Part shown: one piece after another, positions 61,168 through 64,000 of the stretch
How positions within the stretch are numbered: position 1 is the first letter of the stretch
Layout of the letters: the number at the start of each line of letters is the position of its first letter
NCBI GenBank assembly: GCA_051531975.1
Contig: JAOPTT010000014.1
Coordinates: 64,001 to 128,000 of the forward strand
Length of the DNA stretch: 64,000 bases
Direction of reading: 5' to 3'
Source: Spirochaetaceae bacterium
GTDB taxonomy: Bacteria; Spirochaetota; Spirochaetia; DSM-2461
Notes under the pieces: generated by a model
What the model saw: only the letters and a program-made list of their open reading frames with translations
Databases searched by the model: none
What the model was told of the DNA's origin: nothing
Position numbers and translations under genes: made by a program

Positions 61168-61268
61168 GTTTATTATTTTAACACTAAACAGTTAGAAAAA
61201 CTATTCAGAAAATATTTCCTTTAAATGAAACTTAATTCCATCTAGATACATAGAATCATAATTGCATT

Positions 61269-63329
61269 TCATTTAAATTTTCTGATTAAGATAATACTTA
61301 TAAGCAACATTAAACTTAAAAGGATTATTATACTTGTTATTACTTTTTTTCTGTTATTATCTTTTATTAGTTTAAGAGTAAAGTTTAATATTTCATCATT
61401 TCCTGATAAAACATCTTCAATAGAATCTACTATATAATAATCTGGAATAACTCCACGATTAAAAGGTATATCCTCCTGTTTAATAAAACCACTTCTAGTA
61501 GCTATCAATGGAATATTAAGTTCTATCCCTGTTTCTCCTAATCTAATTCTCGCAAAATCTAAACCATTCATGGTATAAAAATTACCACAACCTTCTTGTC
61601 CAACAATCTTACCTCTATTAAAATACTTAAAATATGATGAAAGTTTTACAGCTGCAGAACCTGTTAGTCCATTTGTTAAAATATACACATTACCTTTAAA
61701 TCTGTGATTAGAAGGTATTATAAATTTAAAATTATCAGGATGAGTCTCTATATTCTGATAAAAACCTTGTTTCCCATCAAGTTCAATATAGTCTGAATAT
61801 AAATGATCATTAATACTTAAATTTAACGAATAATTAAATGACTCATAGGCTTTATTACTGTTAACTTTTTTCTCTACTTCAGGATAAAATTGTTTTGATG
61901 CAAAAAGTGAATACAAGAAGTATGTATTCTCAATTTCTCCCCCCATATTATTCCTTAAGTCAAGAATGATAGTTTTACCTTTTAGTTTTGTATTCATATA
62001 AAAAGATAAGATCTCTTCCTTGTCTACACTTGATAATGTCATGCTTTTAACATTAAACAAAACAATATCATTGGACATCATCTCAAGACTATAAGGTTTG
62101 TAGTTTTTATCATCATGACTATTAAGCTTTATGACTTTATTATCTAATATATACTCTTCAGTTCTATTATTATTAAACTTAACCTTAATAACTTCCCCAG
62201 GATTCAACTCTTTATATAATATATAATTATTCCCAAATTGCTGTTTTAGTAGCTCGTCTTGCCAAGCATTAATATCCCCAGAAGCTATTGTCATTATTTT
62301 TTTTACATTATCAATTATATTTTGAACAGGTTCATTGTTTATTTCAATGATTTCTGTACCCCTTTCGATAGAGTGAACTGGATCATCCAAGATATAACAT
62401 TTATTATTTATTATAGTTACTTCCAAAGGAAAATACCCTTTAGTCGTATAATTGTAAAAGTCATCATAATAATACTTTCTGCTTAAATAAGTATGATTAT
62501 CTTTTATTTCCTGAATTAAAGGTACCAACCTTTTATAAAACTGATCTGATGTTAAGGGATCTTTAATTTCTTTTTTGATATTCTCATATATCTCTCTTAA
62601 TTTTACTGTTGTTGTAAAATTATCTATAGCAGGGTGAATTTCTTCTAGTGAATCAATGACAATATCAAGGTTATTAATTAGATCTTCTGTAGAGTGCCTC
62701 TTATATTTATAATTCTCAGATTCTCCTTTTTTTAAAAAGAATGGGTTTTGAATTCTGGTCATCTTCTCTTGAAGATCAGCTAAACGACCATTTTTATCAT
62801 AAGAGATATGGATACTAGGTTGATCTAATAATGGATAGTCAAATCCAATGGTTCCTATGATATCACCCTGTTTAACATTATCTCCAGTTTTAAGATTAAT
62901 TTTATCATCAATATGTAGACCTGTGTACCACACCATTTCGTTGTTACTAATTTTCAAACCTATAGAGAAACTTATCCATTTTAAATTACCATCTTTTTTT
63001 AAAACATATTGTTTAATATCTTCATAATCATCGGAGCCATAAGAATATGCTGGTTTATCACTGTAGTGATAGTCATAATCATATATTATTCCATCAGCAA
63101 CAGCTAATACAGCTGCACGTTCATCTCCACCAATATGATAATTAAAGTTCGGCTGATATATATTTCGAACACTGTTAAATACCTGATCTAAGGGTGACAA
63201 AATAGTATTTTCACCAGTATATGAATCCTTAATTGGCCATAAAAAATCAGGCTTTTTATTATTAATATTTTGCGAATATAAAACTGTTAATTGTATTATT
63301 AGTTGAATCATTATTATTACTTTTTTCAT
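61269..63329 (-). CDS. M23-like/S41 peptidase fusion with signal peptide and C-terminal TM anchor
   Basis: FLWPI, VLAVADG, GDNVKQGDIIG (M23-like); D.HT, ILDLRNNMGG, TGSAA, VGQE, GVIPD (S41). Confidence 0.8.
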   Translation of the reverse strand: MKKVIIMIQLIIQLTVLYSQNINNKKPDFLWPIKDSYTGENTILSPLDQVFNSVRNIYQPNFNYHIGGDERAAVLAVADGIIYDYDYHYSDKPAYSYGSDDYEDIKQYVLKKDGNLKWISFSIGLKISNNEMVWYTGLHIDDKINLKTGDNVKQGDIIGTIGFDYPLLDQPSIHISYDKNGRLADLQEKMTRIQNPFFLKKGESENYKYKRHSTEDLINNLDIVIDSLEEIHPAIDNFTTTVKLREIYENIKKEIKDPLTSDQFYKRLVPLIQEIKDNHTYLSRKYYYDDFYNYTTKGYFPLEVTIINNKCYILDDPVHSIERGTEIIEINNEPVQNIIDNVKKIMTIASGDINAWQDELLKQQFGNNYILYKELNPGEVIKVKFNNNRTEEYILDNKVIKLNSHDDKNYKPYSLEMMSNDIVLFNVKSMTLSSVDKEEILSFYMNTKLKGKTIILDLRNNMGGEIENTYFLYSLFASKQFYPEVEKKVNSNKAYESFNYSLNLSINDHLYSDYIELDGKQGFYQNIETHPDNFKFIIPSNHRFKGNVYILTNGLTGSAAVKLSSYFKYFNRGKIVGQEGCGNFYTMNGLDFARIRLGETGIELNIPLIATRSGFIKQEDIPFNRGVIPDYYIVDSIEDVLSGNDEILNFTLKLIKDNNRKKVITSIIILLSLMLLISIILIRKFK

Positions 63330-63482
63330 ATTACTTTTTGTTATCCTTACTGATAAAACTATACTGTCTAAAGTTTATGATACTGTCAACTATTTTATAT
63401 AAACCGCTTAAATACTCAGGATATTCCTAGACCTATTAGATAAACTTAGAATCCGATAGATCTAGAAAAACAAGACACACAA

Positions 63483-64000
63483 TTAACTAGTGATATAACT
63501 GGTATATAGTTTTAATAAGTCATTTTTTGATACCTGTTTTTTAGTATCAGCAAGACTCAAATATTTACTATAAAACTTCTTTAACTCTAGTTTACTTAGA
63601 TTAATACCTATTTCACCAAGAATGTGTTTAAGAGCATGTTTACCAGACCTTGCAGTTAAAATTATCTGATGTTTATTTAGACCAAGTAACTGGGGAGGAA
63701 TTATCTCATAGGTATCAGACTGTTTTAATATCCCATCCTGATGGATTCCTGATGAGTGAGAAAAGGCATTTTTACCAACTATTGCTTTATTCGCCTGTAT
63801 TGGTAGTTCCATCATTTCACTTACAAGTGCACTAGTTGGTAGTAGTTCAGAAAGGTCAATATTAGTACTCTTTCCATAGAAGTCTGATCGTCTATTAAGT
63901 AACATAACAACTTCTTCTAAAGATGCATTACCAGCCCTCTCTCCTATTCCATTCATTGTTACTTCTACCTGGCCTACTCCACTTTTTATAGCAGCCATAG
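63483..64000 (-). CDS. leuA: 2-isopropylmalate synthase, short form, 5'-partial
   Basis: NGIGERAGNASLEE, NKAIVGKNAFSHSSGIHQDG, LTARSGKHAL. Confidence 0.9.
   Translation of the reverse strand, partial: MAAIKSGVGQVEVTMNGIGERAGNASLEEVVMLLNRRSDFYGKSTNIDLSELLPTSALVSEMMELPIQANKAIVGKNAFSHSSGIHQDGILKQSDTYEIIPPQLLGLNKHQIILTARSGKHALKHILGEIGINLSKLELKKFYSKYLSLADTKKQVSKNDLLKLYTSYITS

Noticed and set aside
1497..63835. Numerous antisense or alternate-frame ORFs in the track (e.g. 1497-1937, 2583-3146, 3840-4265, 14600-15199, 53243-53632, 59346-59786)
   Set aside because: They lie within well-supported genes and have no recognisable motifs; they are shadow ORFs.

Overview
AT-rich, gene-dense bacterial chromosomal segment, most consistent with a free-living Spirochaetales member. 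That placement is inferred from the 'ILFAEGQQE'-type solute-binding-protein N-terminus and the gene styles, not from a search. It holds about 60 CDS, and I saw no rRNA, tRNA, CRISPR array or transposase. Main blocks: PadR/HAAS pair; MarR-TauE with a shared operator; Crp/Fnr (HcpR-like), trxA, rlmF and hcp; a GntR-controlled organic/sugar-acid catabolic cluster (glycerate kinase, 2 GntR, 2 xylose-isomerase-fold enzymes, TctCBA transporter, split transketolase, 2-hydroxyacid dehydrogenase, AEC transporter); metY-cysK; sfsA-TIGR02757; ldhA/ttcA; glnS; a carbohydrate ABC transporter with a two-component system and nagB; a YtrA-type GntR/ABC operon; hrpB, aroA and partial leuA. Most notable observations: (1) a SLATT-like 2-TM gene followed by an unannotated 24-aa proline-rich peptide gene with a strong RBS; (2) an apparently circularly permuted ROK/ASKHA protein; (3) a TTGTATACAA regulon outlining an unassigned transketolase/hydroxypyruvate/glycerate pathway; (4) a 159-bp MITE in a CTAG shared by two convergent stop codons; (5) many apparently leaderless genes; (6) several pseudo-enzymes that lack canonical catalytic or metal-ligand residues. 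All calls are from reading the sequence; no database search was run.
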